From a virus (taxonomy: Duplodnaviria > Caudoviricetes), in IMG/VR virus record IMGVR_UViG_3300017978_000301, positions 1-45,482 of that record: a stretch of 45,482 nt of DNA; one strand, 5' to 3'. Shown here one piece after another: positions 13,361 through 23,407 of the stretch. The first letter of the stretch is position 1, and every line of letters starts with the position of its first letter. The notes under the pieces are model-generated. The model saw only the letters and a program-made list of their open reading frames with translations, ran no database searches and was not told the DNA's origin. The translations under genes and the position numbers were made by a program.

Positions 13361-13945
13361 GATGGCTTCTTTGGTGTGCTTAATACGATCATCAAGGCCA
13401 ATCGTGCCACCGTTGATCTTCTTGGTTAAGCCAACCCAATCAGCGTTCTCAGCCAGCGCATTGCAATTGTGAGTGGACCAGAACCATCCTGCGGTCAACA
13501 AAGCGTACTTGGGTGTTCGCACAAGTTCTGGTTCCATCACAAAGTCAACACCGAGCGCTTTTGATGCGTGGTAAAAATTCGCATGGCCTGTGAGTTGCAA
13601 AGCCCCGGAGCCCCTAAAACGGAAGCCATCCCCTGAAGCTTCATCCCTGTTTCCCATACGATTCGAGTACACGCTGTTGGCAATCTTGCGCGGATTTTTT
13701 TCGTACTGCTTGGCAAACTCAAGAGTAGGGAAACGCTTGGGCCAAAGCTTCATCAATGTCTCAGCACGGTAATTCAGGTTCTCTTCAAAGATTCTGAAGT
13801 TGCCACACTCGTGACCACATTGGCCTAAGAAGGCAGCTTGCTGGCGCACAGTAGAAATGTTGAAACGCTCAAAGGTTTCGTTCAATGGTGCTGCCAGATC
13901 AGGGTTGATGTGCAGCTTGATTAGCTGTTCAGCGGTTACTGCCAT
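13346..13945 (-). CDS. Glycoside hydrolase family 19 endolysin
   Basis: AAFLGQCGHEC, EENLNY, GDGFRFRGSGALQLTG, KKINGGTIGLDDR. Confidence 0.92.
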   Translation of the reverse strand: MAVTAEQLIKLHINPDLAAPLNETFERFNISTVRQQAAFLGQCGHECGNFRIFEENLNYRAETLMKLWPKRFPTLEFAKQYEKNPRKIANSVYSNRMGNRDEASGDGFRFRGSGALQLTGHANFYHASKALGVDFVMEPELVRTPKYALLTAGWFWSTHNCNALAENADWVGLTKKINGGTIGLDDRIKHTKEAISVLS

Positions 13946-14396
13946 TTATGGTTTCCCTTACTTGGTTGTAGGCTGCGATACAGGCGTTGAGTTCGTTGAT
14001 GGCTCTGTCGCCTTCTGCTGCGAGTTGAGCAATAAGGAGGAGAGTCTCTCGCTCAGATTCGCTTGCTTTGGAGTTATCCCCGCTGGCAGTGGTGGAACCT
14101 GTGGAGGCTGGTACGCAACTTGTGTTGAGGCGCATCCTGCCAGAACGAATGGCAGCATCAAGATCAGTTTGCTTTTTAGTAACGACATCATTTGCTTCTT
14201 TCAATTGAGATGAAGTGTTGTTCAGGTCTTGAGCAAGCTTTTGCTCTTTCTCACGAGCCTCACCGTTCAGACGGGCTATCTCCAACTGCATCTCCTGATC
14301 TCTTTTCACATAGCCTACATGGTGGGCGTAAAAATATACAAGAGAAGCGGCAGTGATAGCTCCCAGAATCATCCAAGGGTTTGGTAAACGCATCAT
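13929..14396 (-). CDS. Rz: i-spanin (Rz-like)
   Basis: N-terminal TM, coiled coil, GDRAINELNACIAAY. Confidence 0.8.
   Translation of the reverse strand: MMRLPNPWMILGAITAASLVYFYAHHVGYVKRDQEMQLEIARLNGEAREKEQKLAQDLNNTSSQLKEANDVVTKKQTDLDAAIRSGRMRLNTSCVPASTGSTTASGDNSKASESERETLLLIAQLAAEGDRAINELNACIAAYNQVRETINGSNR
13958..14191 (-). CDS. Rz1: o-spanin lipoprotein fully embedded in Rz
   Basis: LAGC lipobox and Pro-rich segment in an alternative frame within Rz; start uncertain. Confidence 0.7.
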   Translation of the reverse strand: MMSLLKSKLILMLPFVLAGCASTQVAYQPPQVPPLPAGITPKQANLSERLSSLLLNSQQKATEPSTNSTPVSQPTTK

Positions 14397-14842
14397 CGTT
14401 CTCCAGCTCTTGCTGCTGCAATTTCTGCTCTAACATCATCAGACTCCAAGTGAGTAGGAGGCGTTGTTGGAGGAGGTGGAGGGGTCCAAGATTCATCTAG
14501 CTCTGGGTTGACCCATACAGGCATCGCACCCGATGGGTCACTTGGCTTTGGGGGCGTTTCTCCCGATGGAGTGCCAAGCGTTTGAGCAGTTGAGCTGACA
14601 GCACGTTTGGTCATCACACCACCAATGCCACCAACAATCAGAAGAACAATGTCGTTCAACATCTTGAGGTAGCCTTGGTCAATAGGAGCCATTGACTTGA
14701 TTGGCTGGACCACAAAGGTCACTGAGTACAACATGAAAAACACAATGCCAGCAAGGATCAGTGTAACGATCCCCACTACAAAGGCCCATACACGTACTTC
14801 AATTTCCGCTGGCGTTAGAGGCTGCTGGTTGGGCTGGTTCAA
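14393..14842 (-). CDS. Two-TM membrane protein with Pro-rich tail (lysis region)
   Basis: Two TM helices, IVGGIGGV, PPPPP. Confidence 0.7.
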   Translation of the reverse strand: MNQPNQQPLTPAEIEVRVWAFVVGIVTLILAGIVFFMLYSVTFVVQPIKSMAPIDQGYLKMLNDIVLLIVGGIGGVMTKRAVSSTAQTLGTPSGETPPKPSDPSGAMPVWVNPELDESWTPPPPPTTPPTHLESDDVRAEIAAARAGER

Positions 14843-15008
14843 TTTTCTTCTCCAATACAGGGGCTACAAGGTATTCAGGACAGGTTTGAGTAAATTGGCA
14901 ACGAGGCTTTTGGCACTCAGGCGCATTGAACTTGTCTGGGTTTTGACAGGTGTAGCGATAGTGGTCTTCGCACCCCGCCAACAATAACAAGACAAACAAA
15001 AATCTCAT
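14799..15008 (-). CDS. Small Cys-rich lipoprotein
   Basis: LLLAGC lipobox; YRYTCQNP...CQKPRC....CPEYL. Confidence 0.75.
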   Translation of the reverse strand: MRFLFVLLLLAGCEDHYRYTCQNPDKFNAPECQKPRCQFTQTCPEYLVAPVLEKKIEPAQPAASNASGN

Positions 15009-15205
15009 TTGGACTCCTTTTTCAATTCTTCTTTGAGCTTACGCAGCTCCCTTGCTTCTTTCTTGATTTCCTCTTTCATCCATAGCGTGTCGATGTACGC
15101 CATAAATGAAAAAGTGAAAACAACCAACAATACACACAAGACAATCAGGTGTGCCAAAAAGACGCTCGTGCTATCGCTTGATTTCGTAGTTGCCACAGCA
15201 TCCAA
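15005..15205 (-). CDS. Single-TM protein
   Basis: TM plus charged coiled coil. Confidence 0.55.
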   Translation of the reverse strand: MDAVATTKSSDSTSVFLAHLIVLCVLLVVFTFSFMAYIDTLWMKEEIKKEARELRKLKEELKKESK

Positions 15206-15831
15206 CCCAAAAAGATTAACCCAACTATTGCTATTGCGGCATCCATTGATTTCACGCGAACCTCTTCCATCATGGATTGACGTTCACGCAAAAGAATCAA
15301 GTCTTCTTTCGCTTGCTTTGCTCTTGCTATTCTTTGCTCTTCTTCAATCTGGTTACGCATCTCTTCAAACTGCGTCCACAAATCTTTTAACTCTGGTGGC
15401 GAGTGATAGATCATCTGCTGCTTCAGTTCAGCATGCATAGCCATCAACTTCTGCCTAACCAAAATTCTCTTTAAAGCCATCCGCTTCAAAGACACATCTT
15501 TTGATTGAACCTTCTTTGCTTCTCTTTCCTGCTCCCAAAACAATTCTTCTAATCTGTCAAACGCATCAAACATCTCACCAAGGTTGTCTCCAATCTTAAA
15601 GATGATGTCATCAGGATTAGCCTTGGCTACCTCCGCGACACGCGCTTTCTCAGCCTCAATCTTTTTAGCCTGTTCCTTAGAAATCGGCTTGCCAGCGAAT
15701 TGCTCAGAAATTTCATCATAGATTTGCTTGACGTTACCAGCTACACCCTTAACTTCTTTGTAAAGAGCGCAACCGTCTTTGACTAACTGAAATGCAGTGG
15801 TCGCAGCAAAAAGCGCAGTCCCAATCGGCAC
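15145..15831 (-). CDS. Coiled-coil protein with C-terminal TM
   Basis: Long charged helix, hydrophobic C-terminus. Confidence 0.7.
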   Translation of the reverse strand: MPIGTALFAATTAFQLVKDGCALYKEVKGVAGNVKQIYDEISEQFAGKPISKEQAKKIEAEKARVAEVAKANPDDIIFKIGDNLGEMFDAFDRLEELFWEQEREAKKVQSKDVSLKRMALKRILVRQKLMAMHAELKQQMIYHSPPELKDLWTQFEEMRNQIEEEQRIARAKQAKEDLILLRERQSMMEEVRVKSMDAAIAIVGLIFLGWMLWQLRNQAIARASFWHT

Positions 15832-15833
15832 AT

Positions 15834-16019
15834 TTACTTCTTACGAAAGTCTTTGTACATCAGGTAGACCTTGTGAATGATCAACAAGCATGTGTAGATC
15901 AAGGTCATCCACATCAGCACATCGCTGACTTGGTAACCCATAACCGTAGCCAAAGAGAGTCCTACAGGCAGAGCAGACTTAGCTGCTACCGCTGTTGCTG
16001 TTTCGTGATCAGTGGTCAT
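15834..16019 (-). CDS. Putative holin
   Basis: 61 aa, hydrophobic helices, basic C-terminus, head of lysis cassette. Confidence 0.55.
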   Translation of the reverse strand: MTTDHETATAVAAKSALPVGLSLATVMGYQVSDVLMWMTLIYTCLLIIHKVYLMYKDFRKK

Positions 16020-16022
16020 GAC

Positions 16023-17585
16023 TTATCTCGGAGGTGGAACTGAACGATATGGGCTACCAAGCTTGGAGGCTTCTTTGAACTTCCCAGCAATGATAGATTC
16101 TTCTTGAGCCTTTGGTATGCCAGCCTCACGGGACTGAGCAAATGGCAACACAAAGAAGTCAGTAAAGATGTCTGACATTTTGCCAGCGTCTTTTTGTTGA
16201 GCAGCTTCTGCAAAGCCCGGCAACGCCATCAGCACAGCCATGCCGCCACCACCCTTGAGGACTTTCTTCATGTCGTGGGTTAAGTTGACTTTTGGCCCGT
16301 CAATGTTTGCCTTGCGCCAATCCATCACCACTTGATGCGCCTCTTTGCCAATGGCTTTTTCGCCAGCAGCAGCGTTGTAGCTTGGAGGTGCGCCACCAAA
16401 AATCTCTTGAACAGATTCGTAGTATTTGTTGTTGCCACCGTATTGATTTGCCAACCAGCCACGAGCCGACATTTGCTCTTTTGTCAAAGCAGTCTCAGCA
16501 GGGTTAGAAGAGATTGGCAAAACAAACTTGTCAGCAATTGCTGCTGTTGGGTTTGTTGGGGCATTAGGAGCCGCAGCAGGAGGTGCAACAGACGCTACAG
16601 GTGCTGGCTTAGGCGCTGGAGTATTCGCCTTCACATCAGCCTGTACAGCCTTTGCAATCGTGTTTTGATGCGATTGCTTGAGCATAGTAGTCTCTACGCT
16701 ATCGAGAGGCTTGCCTTGGCTTGCTTGATTCTTTGTCTCAGCACGTTTTGCTTCAGCAGCTAAACGATTGGCGTGAGCTTCTTGAGCGCGAGCTTCTTTG
16801 TTACGAGCTGCTTCCAAATCAAACTGGAGCTTCTCAACACGCAAGCGCTCAATCTCTGACATTGGCTTAGGTTGCACAGCGGCAACAGGAGCTTCAGCAG
16901 GAGGAGGTGCAGCAACATTAGGTGCGCCAGTAGGTGCATTAGTTGTTGTCGCGCCATACGCACTTGGAGATGTGATGCTGTAGTCAACAGGCTTATCTTG
17001 CACAGAGAACTGTTGATTGGTTTGTGGCAAACCAGACTCAGCAACCATCCCAGAAGGAGCTGCTGCACTTGGTTGACCAGCAGGTGCGCCTTGCATTTTT
17101 GCCAAGTTGGCTTCGTGCAACTGTTGTTGACGGTAGTTCTTTTCGTAGATGGAATCAAGCTTGGCTTGTTCTTGGGCCAAACGCAATTGACGCAAGTCTT
17201 CATCTACTGTTGGACCACCACCACCACCACCACCACCACCACCACCACCAGAGCGGCCCTTCATGCCAGAGTAAGCAGCACCACCCAACAACCCCAAAGC
17301 TGGAGCAGCAAGGTATGGCAATGCACTCTTCCAGAAGTCACCGTCTTGAGCTGGGTTTTTGACATCAGGCAAAGGAGGTGCGCTGGCTGCATCCAGTGGA
17401 GGAATAACAGCAGCACTTGCTACAGGAGCGGCAACAGGCGCAGCAACAGCCGCATCAGCCTTTCCTGTTAAAGCAGCCCTTTGGACTTTGGAGGTTGCAC
17501 CAGAGTCTTGCTTAGGTGCTGGCGCGTTGTATGAAGAAACGTCATCAAAGCCAGCATCTTCATTTGTGTATTCACGAGCGCCCAT
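16023..17585 (-). CDS. Putative ejection/internal virion protein with poly-Gly
   Basis: Ala/Pro/Gln-rich, TM-like segment, position after nozzle genes. Confidence 0.65.
   Translation of the reverse strand: MGAREYTNEDAGFDDVSSYNAPAPKQDSGATSKVQRAALTGKADAAVAAPVAAPVASAAVIPPLDAASAPPLPDVKNPAQDGDFWKSALPYLAAPALGLLGGAAYSGMKGRSGGGGGGGGGGGGPTVDEDLRQLRLAQEQAKLDSIYEKNYRQQQLHEANLAKMQGAPAGQPSAAAPSGMVAESGLPQTNQQFSVQDKPVDYSITSPSAYGATTTNAPTGAPNVAAPPPAEAPVAAVQPKPMSEIERLRVEKLQFDLEAARNKEARAQEAHANRLAAEAKRAETKNQASQGKPLDSVETTMLKQSHQNTIAKAVQADVKANTPAPKPAPVASVAPPAAAPNAPTNPTAAIADKFVLPISSNPAETALTKEQMSARGWLANQYGGNNKYYESVQEIFGGAPPSYNAAAGEKAIGKEAHQVVMDWRKANIDGPKVNLTHDMKKVLKGGGGMAVLMALPGFAEAAQQKDAGKMSDIFTDFFVLPFAQSREAGIPKAQEESIIAGKFKEASKLGSPYRSVPPPR
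17215..17250. repeat. Perfect (CCA)12/(GGT)12 microsatellite encoding Gly12
   Basis: Read directly. Confidence 0.95.
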
Positions 17586-19015
17586 TATTTATCCTTCCAT
17601 TTACCATCACGGTAGACGATTAGTTTATTGCGGTTGTTGACTGATACATCGCCTTCTTTTGGCTCATGATTCTTACCAGTTCGCAGCGCTTCAACTTTTG
17701 AACCGTAACGATATTTGATCGCCTTGTAAGCCTCTGAGTCTTCAAATTCTTTTGCAAGTTCAGCTTTGCCCGGCATACGACCACCAGAGCTATTCATCTT
17801 GTCAGCAAGGAAGTGGTTCCACTCTGACAACAGAGCTTCGTTTTGCAAACCCTTGGTTGCAGTAATAGCAATGTTTCTTTGACCAGACAAGAGTGGGTCA
17901 ACGACACCAAGGTTCTCCGAGCCGGGAGCCAGCTCTTCACCTTTACGGGTTTGTTGAATAGCATTCAAAGAGTCGTTCAATTGAATGAATCGTTGGAAGT
18001 CAGTAAATTCCTTGTCGTCCATCTTCCCTTGGAAAATGCTTTCAACAATGTTGCGGAACTGAGCTTGCTGTTGAACGCCAGAAGAAGCTGAAGTGCCAGC
18101 AGCATTGGTAGCACCAGTAGTAGCACCAACCTGACCAGATGTAGATGCACCGCGAGACTCGTTGATGCCGCCACCAATATTTGGAGCAACGCCAACATTG
18201 CCAGCACCTGCGCCAGCAGGAGGTACTCGACCACCAGCAAGGCCACCTTCAACACTAGCCCCCTTGGTGACGTTCTGTGTTGCTTGATTGCCAGCAGAAC
18301 GACCAGCAGATGTACCAGCTTCAGTTGTTGCACCTGTTGCAGATTGTGTTTGAACACTTGCAGCAGCGCTCAATGCAGCACGTTTTTCAGGAGAGAGTTG
18401 GTTGTATGTGTCCAACCAAGAAACGCCTGTCTTCTCATTGCGAGAGCGCTTGGCAATCTTCTCAAGTTCATCCCATTGGTTGGCAATGCCTGAAGATGCA
18501 ACAGCTTGATCAGAAGCTTTCTTGTATGCGCCAACGACTTGCTCGTAGGGAGCCTTACGCATGGAAAGGATGCCTTCGTTGGTCGCACGGAACTGGCCCA
18601 AGCCAGCGGCAGTCATGTCTTCTTTAGAGACAATCCAACCATTCTTGGTCATTTGCTTCAGTTGATTTTGATCCAAAGGATTTCCATCAACATCAAGAAT
18701 CACACCAGTAGAGCCACGGCTATTTCGTTCTTGCTTGTAACGTGTACCGTCAGGACCAAAGGCATCAGAATAAGTCTTGCGACCACCATTCCAAGCCTCT
18801 AAAGCACCTTCGTAGTTACGACCAAGAATTGAAAAAACCAAAGGAGCCCACTGAGTACCAGTAGTTGCATCGCCAATCTTGTCTTGTTTAGACTTCTCGG
18901 TAATCAAGTTAGCAGCAGCAACACGATGCTCTTCTCCCGAGTCAGCGGTAAACGCTTTGGAAAGAACATGAATAGGAGCTAATTCTTGGTCTACTGCTTG
19001 TTGTTCATCAGCCAT
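17585..19015 (-). CDS. Putative ejection/internal virion protein
   Basis: Gly/Ala/Ser-rich core; synteny. Confidence 0.65.
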   Translation of the reverse strand: MADEQQAVDQELAPIHVLSKAFTADSGEEHRVAAANLITEKSKQDKIGDATTGTQWAPLVFSILGRNYEGALEAWNGGRKTYSDAFGPDGTRYKQERNSRGSTGVILDVDGNPLDQNQLKQMTKNGWIVSKEDMTAAGLGQFRATNEGILSMRKAPYEQVVGAYKKASDQAVASSGIANQWDELEKIAKRSRNEKTGVSWLDTYNQLSPEKRAALSAAASVQTQSATGATTEAGTSAGRSAGNQATQNVTKGASVEGGLAGGRVPPAGAGAGNVGVAPNIGGGINESRGASTSGQVGATTGATNAAGTSASSGVQQQAQFRNIVESIFQGKMDDKEFTDFQRFIQLNDSLNAIQQTRKGEELAPGSENLGVVDPLLSGQRNIAITATKGLQNEALLSEWNHFLADKMNSSGGRMPGKAELAKEFEDSEAYKAIKYRYGSKVEALRTGKNHEPKEGDVSVNNRNKLIVYRDGKWKDK

Positions 19016-19024
19016 ATCTATTCC

Positions 19025-19444
19025 TTAACGCGAAAAGTCATAGCCGCTATTAGCAGCTTCTTGAGGTTGACCAACTTGAGGTTGTGGTCCAACTGCTGGC
19101 TTCTGGCCTTGATACGCTGCGTATGCGCCAAACGTATTTCCTTGACCAAGCTGCCCCATAGCGTTTGAAACATTGTCAAACTTTTGCTGGAACGGAGCAA
19201 CAGCCTTGTCCATTGCCTCACCCCAATTCTGAGGTTGCGATTGGACAGGAGGAGGAACAGGAGCTGCACTGTTGTTAAAGCCACTTGGCTTTTGAACTCC
19301 AAATGCTTGCTTCAATATGTCAGAAGGACCAGTTAGGTTTGACCAATCCTCAAACTCAGTACCGGGCATGCCACTTTGAGATGATGGATTCTGAGGAGCA
19401 GCAGTAGCTCCCATAGATTGCCAGTTTTGAAAGTTTTGAGGCAT
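19025..19444 (-). CDS. Putative small internal virion protein
   Basis: Gln/Pro-rich; SD; synteny. Confidence 0.55.
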   Translation of the reverse strand: MPQNFQNWQSMGATAAPQNPSSQSGMPGTEFEDWSNLTGPSDILKQAFGVQKPSGFNNSAAPVPPPVQSQPQNWGEAMDKAVAPFQQKFDNVSNAMGQLGQGNTFGAYAAYQGQKPAVGPQPQVGQPQEAANSGYDFSR

Positions 19445-19453
19445 AACGATTCC

Positions 19454-20164
19454 TTACAGTTTGAAGCCGCTGCTCTTGCCAGAAGTTGTTTGGCCTTGAG
19501 TGCCTTGGAAGTTTGGCGTGGTGGACTGTTGTGGAGTACCGTAAATAACGGAAGCATACTTAGCCAACACATCTTGCGGTGTGCCAGCGTAGCCAATACG
19601 AGCAGAAGCCGCAGTGTTTGCGCCAGTAAGCTGTTGACCACCCAAAGTAGCCAATTGGTTGGCAGCAGCAGCTTTGTTGGCTTGCACACCAGCACGAGCA
19701 GCAGCAGCAGCAGTTGCCAATCTTTGTTCGCCAAGCTGTTTTGTATTTTCACGAGCTAAAGCATATCGAGAGCTACCAGCGCCACCAGCGCCACCAAACA
19801 TGGCATTTTCAGAACCTATTTGTTCACGAATAGCTTCTCGTGCAGGTTGCATTGAAGCTTGAACTTGCTCTTCCTCGTATTGAGGATTGAACAATGAAGC
19901 AAGACCCGTCATGCCAATAGCAGTGCCAGCAGTGCCAGCAGCTTGTTGAACGCCACCAGTTTGAGCGGCAACATTAGATGCCTCGTTAGCAGCGTTTATA
20001 GCGCCGGGAGCCGTTTGTTGATATACATCTTGGGCTTGACCAATGGTCTTTGTGTACGCTGGAAGAAAAGTCCCCTGCAGCGCATCTGTTTGAGCGTTAA
20101 GAACACGTTCTTGTGCTGGAGAAATCTGTGCCGATTGCGTACCTGATGATTTACCGCTACCCAT
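19454..20164 (-). CDS. Putative DNA ejection/pilot protein
   Basis: MGSGKSSG start, Ala/Gly/Gln-rich, AMFGGAGGAGSSR. Confidence 0.65.
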   Translation of the reverse strand: MGSGKSSGTQSAQISPAQERVLNAQTDALQGTFLPAYTKTIGQAQDVYQQTAPGAINAANEASNVAAQTGGVQQAAGTAGTAIGMTGLASLFNPQYEEEQVQASMQPAREAIREQIGSENAMFGGAGGAGSSRYALARENTKQLGEQRLATAAAAARAGVQANKAAAANQLATLGGQQLTGANTAASARIGYAGTPQDVLAKYASVIYGTPQQSTTPNFQGTQGQTTSGKSSGFKL

Positions 20165-20166
20165 AA

Positions 20167-20448
20167 TTAAGCTCCTTTGCCCTTGCCCTGCATGGGCTGT
20201 TGAGTCTGTTGTTGCGTATTATCCCACTGTCCGACAGTATTGGAATATTGATTCTCTTGCCCCATACGAGGCTGACCCGATGTTGCGGAATTGGTTTGTG
20301 CGCCACCCTTGCCCATAGGCTGAGGAGTTGGTGTGCCGTCTACAGGATTTGGGTTGATCTGGTTTTCTGGTTGAGGCGCAGAAGCTTGGCCCTTACCGCC
20401 ACTGACACCTGTTTGTGGTTGTTGTACTTGTGATGCGAATCCACCCAT
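20167..20448 (-). CDS. Low-complexity Gln/Gly protein with GKG repeats
   Basis: SD; packed. Confidence 0.55.
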   Translation of the reverse strand: MGGFASQVQQPQTGVSGGKGQASAPQPENQINPNPVDGTPTPQPMGKGGAQTNSATSGQPRMGQENQYSNTVGQWDNTQQQTQQPMQGKGKGA

Positions 20449-20457
20449 GATCTATCC

Positions 20458-21792
20458 TTATGTATTTAATTGGCAAACGTAAACACTTTCACCACCAGTG
20501 AATGTGCTTAGGTTAGTTAATGCTACCGCTGCGCCCAAAACATCGTATGCGGCAGAGCCAATGTCAGAAATTTTTAACTTATACGTTCCAATAGGCAAAT
20601 CAAGAATACTTGTATAACAGTAGTTTGTTATATATTGATTTGCTGTCGGAGCAGAGCCTCTTTTGGGAGTTGGTCCAAATGCAAGGCATAGCTGTTCGCT
20701 GTTGGTAACAATAGTCCCTGAGCTATCTTTGATAAATACATTAGCATTTATCTCTGCGGCAACAGCGGTTGTAGAGGTTGTCAGCAGTATTGGACAACTC
20801 CAAGAGATTATTGTTTTTGCATTCTTTGTAATCGTGATGGTTGCAACGTCTACCTCTGTCCCAATGAATGAGGTTGAGCTTGATGAAACAACATCTACTG
20901 TTGAAACTCCATTGATGTAGAAGTCGCTTCCATCAAACACAATGTTTGCAGAAGAGTTTCCAGCAATGAACTTGCCATCAGAATACAGGTGAGAGCCTGT
21001 ACCTGTCATGGTTGTTCCGCTAATAGTAGGTGAGCTACCAATAGAAAGATCGCCAGCAGTGATAGTCCCAAGGTTTGCGCTAATAGCAGACAACGCACCA
21101 ACTCTAAGGCTTGACAGGTATGGCACGTTCCATGTTGTCAGATTCGACACAGGGTTGTAGACACCATCAGATTGAAACAAAGCTTCATTCACCGCCAACG
21201 AAGGAGGAGTTGCTTGCCAAGTCTCTGCTCCACCCCATGTGTTGTATGGAGGGAAGCTACTATCGCCAGATGTCTGGTAGGTCGTGGGAGTGGATGCCAA
21301 AGCAAAGCTTGTACTCTTTGCATAACAAAGTCGGAACGATGCGCCATCAGAACCTGAAATCTGGTCTAGATCGATAGCGGCTCCACTGTCTGCTTGATAC
21401 AAAATAGAAGGAGCAGATGTGCTAACTACTATGTTGACTCTTCGTCCACCAGTGACTGAATAGAAGATAAATTTGGTTGTGCTAAATCCACCAACCACTT
21501 GATACCAAACATAATCAGCAGGGTTTGTAGATTCAGTCGCGCTGTCATCATTACGCAAGCCGTAATATTGACGATTTGTTGGAGTATCTGAAAAGTTTAC
21601 TGTGCCATCAAAGCTATCAGCGTACTTTACATAGATGTACTTGTACAAGTAACTTACAACGTCACCAAGAGCATCGGTAACTTGACCGTTAACAACGTTT
21701 GTTGAAGTGGTTAGCTGAGTATTGCCAAGCAAATAGTTAATTGCCTCAGAGATTTCTCCCTGAGTTGGATTGCCGTCAAGAAAGAATGGCAT
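20458..21792 (-). CDS. Tail protein (needle/fibre-like)
   Basis: YLYKYIYVKYAD, LSAISANLGTITAG repeats. Confidence 0.7.
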   Translation of the reverse strand: MPFFLDGNPTQGEISEAINYLLGNTQLTTSTNVVNGQVTDALGDVVSYLYKYIYVKYADSFDGTVNFSDTPTNRQYYGLRNDDSATESTNPADYVWYQVVGGFSTTKFIFYSVTGGRRVNIVVSTSAPSILYQADSGAAIDLDQISGSDGASFRLCYAKSTSFALASTPTTYQTSGDSSFPPYNTWGGAETWQATPPSLAVNEALFQSDGVYNPVSNLTTWNVPYLSSLRVGALSAISANLGTITAGDLSIGSSPTISGTTMTGTGSHLYSDGKFIAGNSSANIVFDGSDFYINGVSTVDVVSSSSTSFIGTEVDVATITITKNAKTIISWSCPILLTTSTTAVAAEINANVFIKDSSGTIVTNSEQLCLAFGPTPKRGSAPTANQYITNYCYTSILDLPIGTYKLKISDIGSAAYDVLGAAVALTNLSTFTGGESVYVCQLNT

Positions 21793-23384
21793 TAGAAAGC
21801 ATCCTCAGTTACTGTCGCTTGCCAGTTCATAGCAGTCAAATTCCACGTATCAGTAGCATCGTTTGACTCTACCTTTACAGACAGAGTGCGAACAGTGTTT
21901 TGTTGAGTTGTCACCCAAGGATTGTCCGTGATTACTGAAACAGTAGAAGCTTGACCGTATGTGGCTGGTTGAGCAGTAGAGTTAGCGCCACCAACAGTGA
22001 TGTTGATAGTGCCAGTACCTGCAATTTCAGGCAACAAACGGTGAGCGTATACCTTAGAGGAATACGGCACTGGACCTTCAGCAGTTTGCAGAACAATGTT
22101 GTTACGCTCAAACAAAGCAGGAATAGGCGCTGAGTTGATGAAAGAGTTGCCCCTGCCTGTTTGTACCAGCTTGCTACTTGCAGTGCCTCCTTGGGCGTAT
22201 ACGACAGTTCTAGAGGCATACTTGAATGCTCCAGAGATGTAAACAGGCGCTTCACAACCCATACAGGCATTTACAACGTCTTTTGGAGCATTCCAAACGT
22301 TGATGTCATAACGCCAAGAAATCATCTCATTGCACCAGCCTGTAGAAGTCAAGTTGGGGAAATAGATTTCGATTTGGTTTTTGACTGTGTTGTTGACCAC
22401 AAAGATGCGATCAGAGTAAGTTGTACTCAGATTTCGGAAGAAGTAGTCACGGACCTTTTGGTTGCCCAAAGGAGAGAACTCAGAGCCGTTGAACACCCAA
22501 ATGTCTCGGCTATCAACACCGTAAACGTTAGAGTCTGTGTTTGTCCAGCAGTTGTTGTTAATCAGGCCACGGCCTTGGTTGAACAAGCGAACACCAAAGA
22601 CAGGTGCTGTGCTGTTTTGATAGGCAATAGGCGACATAACTACAGTATCCCAATAGGAGCAGATGTAGAAGTTAGCGCCTAAGAAAAAGCCATCAACGAT
22701 AGGGCCACGAAGAGGAATCTCTTGTTCGTTAGCCACGTTGTTTAAAGTTGGTTCCCATGTGGCAGGAACGCCTGTGTTGGCAAACGCTTGTGACCAACGG
22801 ATGGTTGTTGGGTAGTTGGTTGTGACCCCACCAGCTACTTTTGTCAGGTTGCCAGCAATCAAGATGTTGCCAACGTTTGGTGAACAGAAGTTGCGAACAA
22901 AAGCGGCTGTAGTGCTTGTCACGCCAACATCGTAATTCCAAACGTAGAAGTTGGGAGCTTGGTCATAGATGTAAATCTCTGTGGCATTAGCCAAGAAGTA
23001 CATTGGAGGACGCAGGGTATCGTTAATAAAGAAAACACTACCAACCCATGAGGTGGTGATGTTGATGTTGTCAGAATACCCAGACAGAATACCGCCACCG
23101 GGGGTAATGTCCGATATGCCACCAGTAGTAATCTTGTACCACTTACCCTCACGAGTGGCTACGATGTAGGTCCACTCTGTGCCACGAAACCCGCCATCAA
23201 TGTATATGACGTTACCGGGGATGGTAGATAGGACAAGCTCTTCTCCGCTAACCTTTTTGATACCACGGACATCAGCCTCTACGTTACGACCAGAGTTATA
23301 TTCGTTTGCACCCAAAGCGTTACTAGGAACGTCAGGAGTAAAACTCATATTTAAAAACGGTGTACGTAGTGGCGTGTAGCTCAT
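21792..23384 (-). CDS. Tail nozzle/stabilization protein (P22 gp10/T7 gp12-like)
   Basis: Beta-propeller-like 530 aa, TIRWS, synteny. Confidence 0.7.
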   Translation of the reverse strand: MSYTPLRTPFLNMSFTPDVPSNALGANEYNSGRNVEADVRGIKKVSGEELVLSTIPGNVIYIDGGFRGTEWTYIVATREGKWYKITTGGISDITPGGGILSGYSDNINITTSWVGSVFFINDTLRPPMYFLANATEIYIYDQAPNFYVWNYDVGVTSTTAAFVRNFCSPNVGNILIAGNLTKVAGGVTTNYPTTIRWSQAFANTGVPATWEPTLNNVANEQEIPLRGPIVDGFFLGANFYICSYWDTVVMSPIAYQNSTAPVFGVRLFNQGRGLINNNCWTNTDSNVYGVDSRDIWVFNGSEFSPLGNQKVRDYFFRNLSTTYSDRIFVVNNTVKNQIEIYFPNLTSTGWCNEMISWRYDINVWNAPKDVVNACMGCEAPVYISGAFKYASRTVVYAQGGTASSKLVQTGRGNSFINSAPIPALFERNNIVLQTAEGPVPYSSKVYAHRLLPEIAGTGTINITVGGANSTAQPATYGQASTVSVITDNPWVTTQQNTVRTLSVKVESNDATDTWNLTAMNWQATVTEDAF

Positions 23385-23407
23385 GATTTGTCCTTGGTTG
23401 ACGGATT

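Noticed and set aside
17024-17362. Poly-His ORF on the + strand (and poly-Thr ORF 16872-17471)
   Set aside because: Antisense readings of the (GGT)12 poly-Gly tract.
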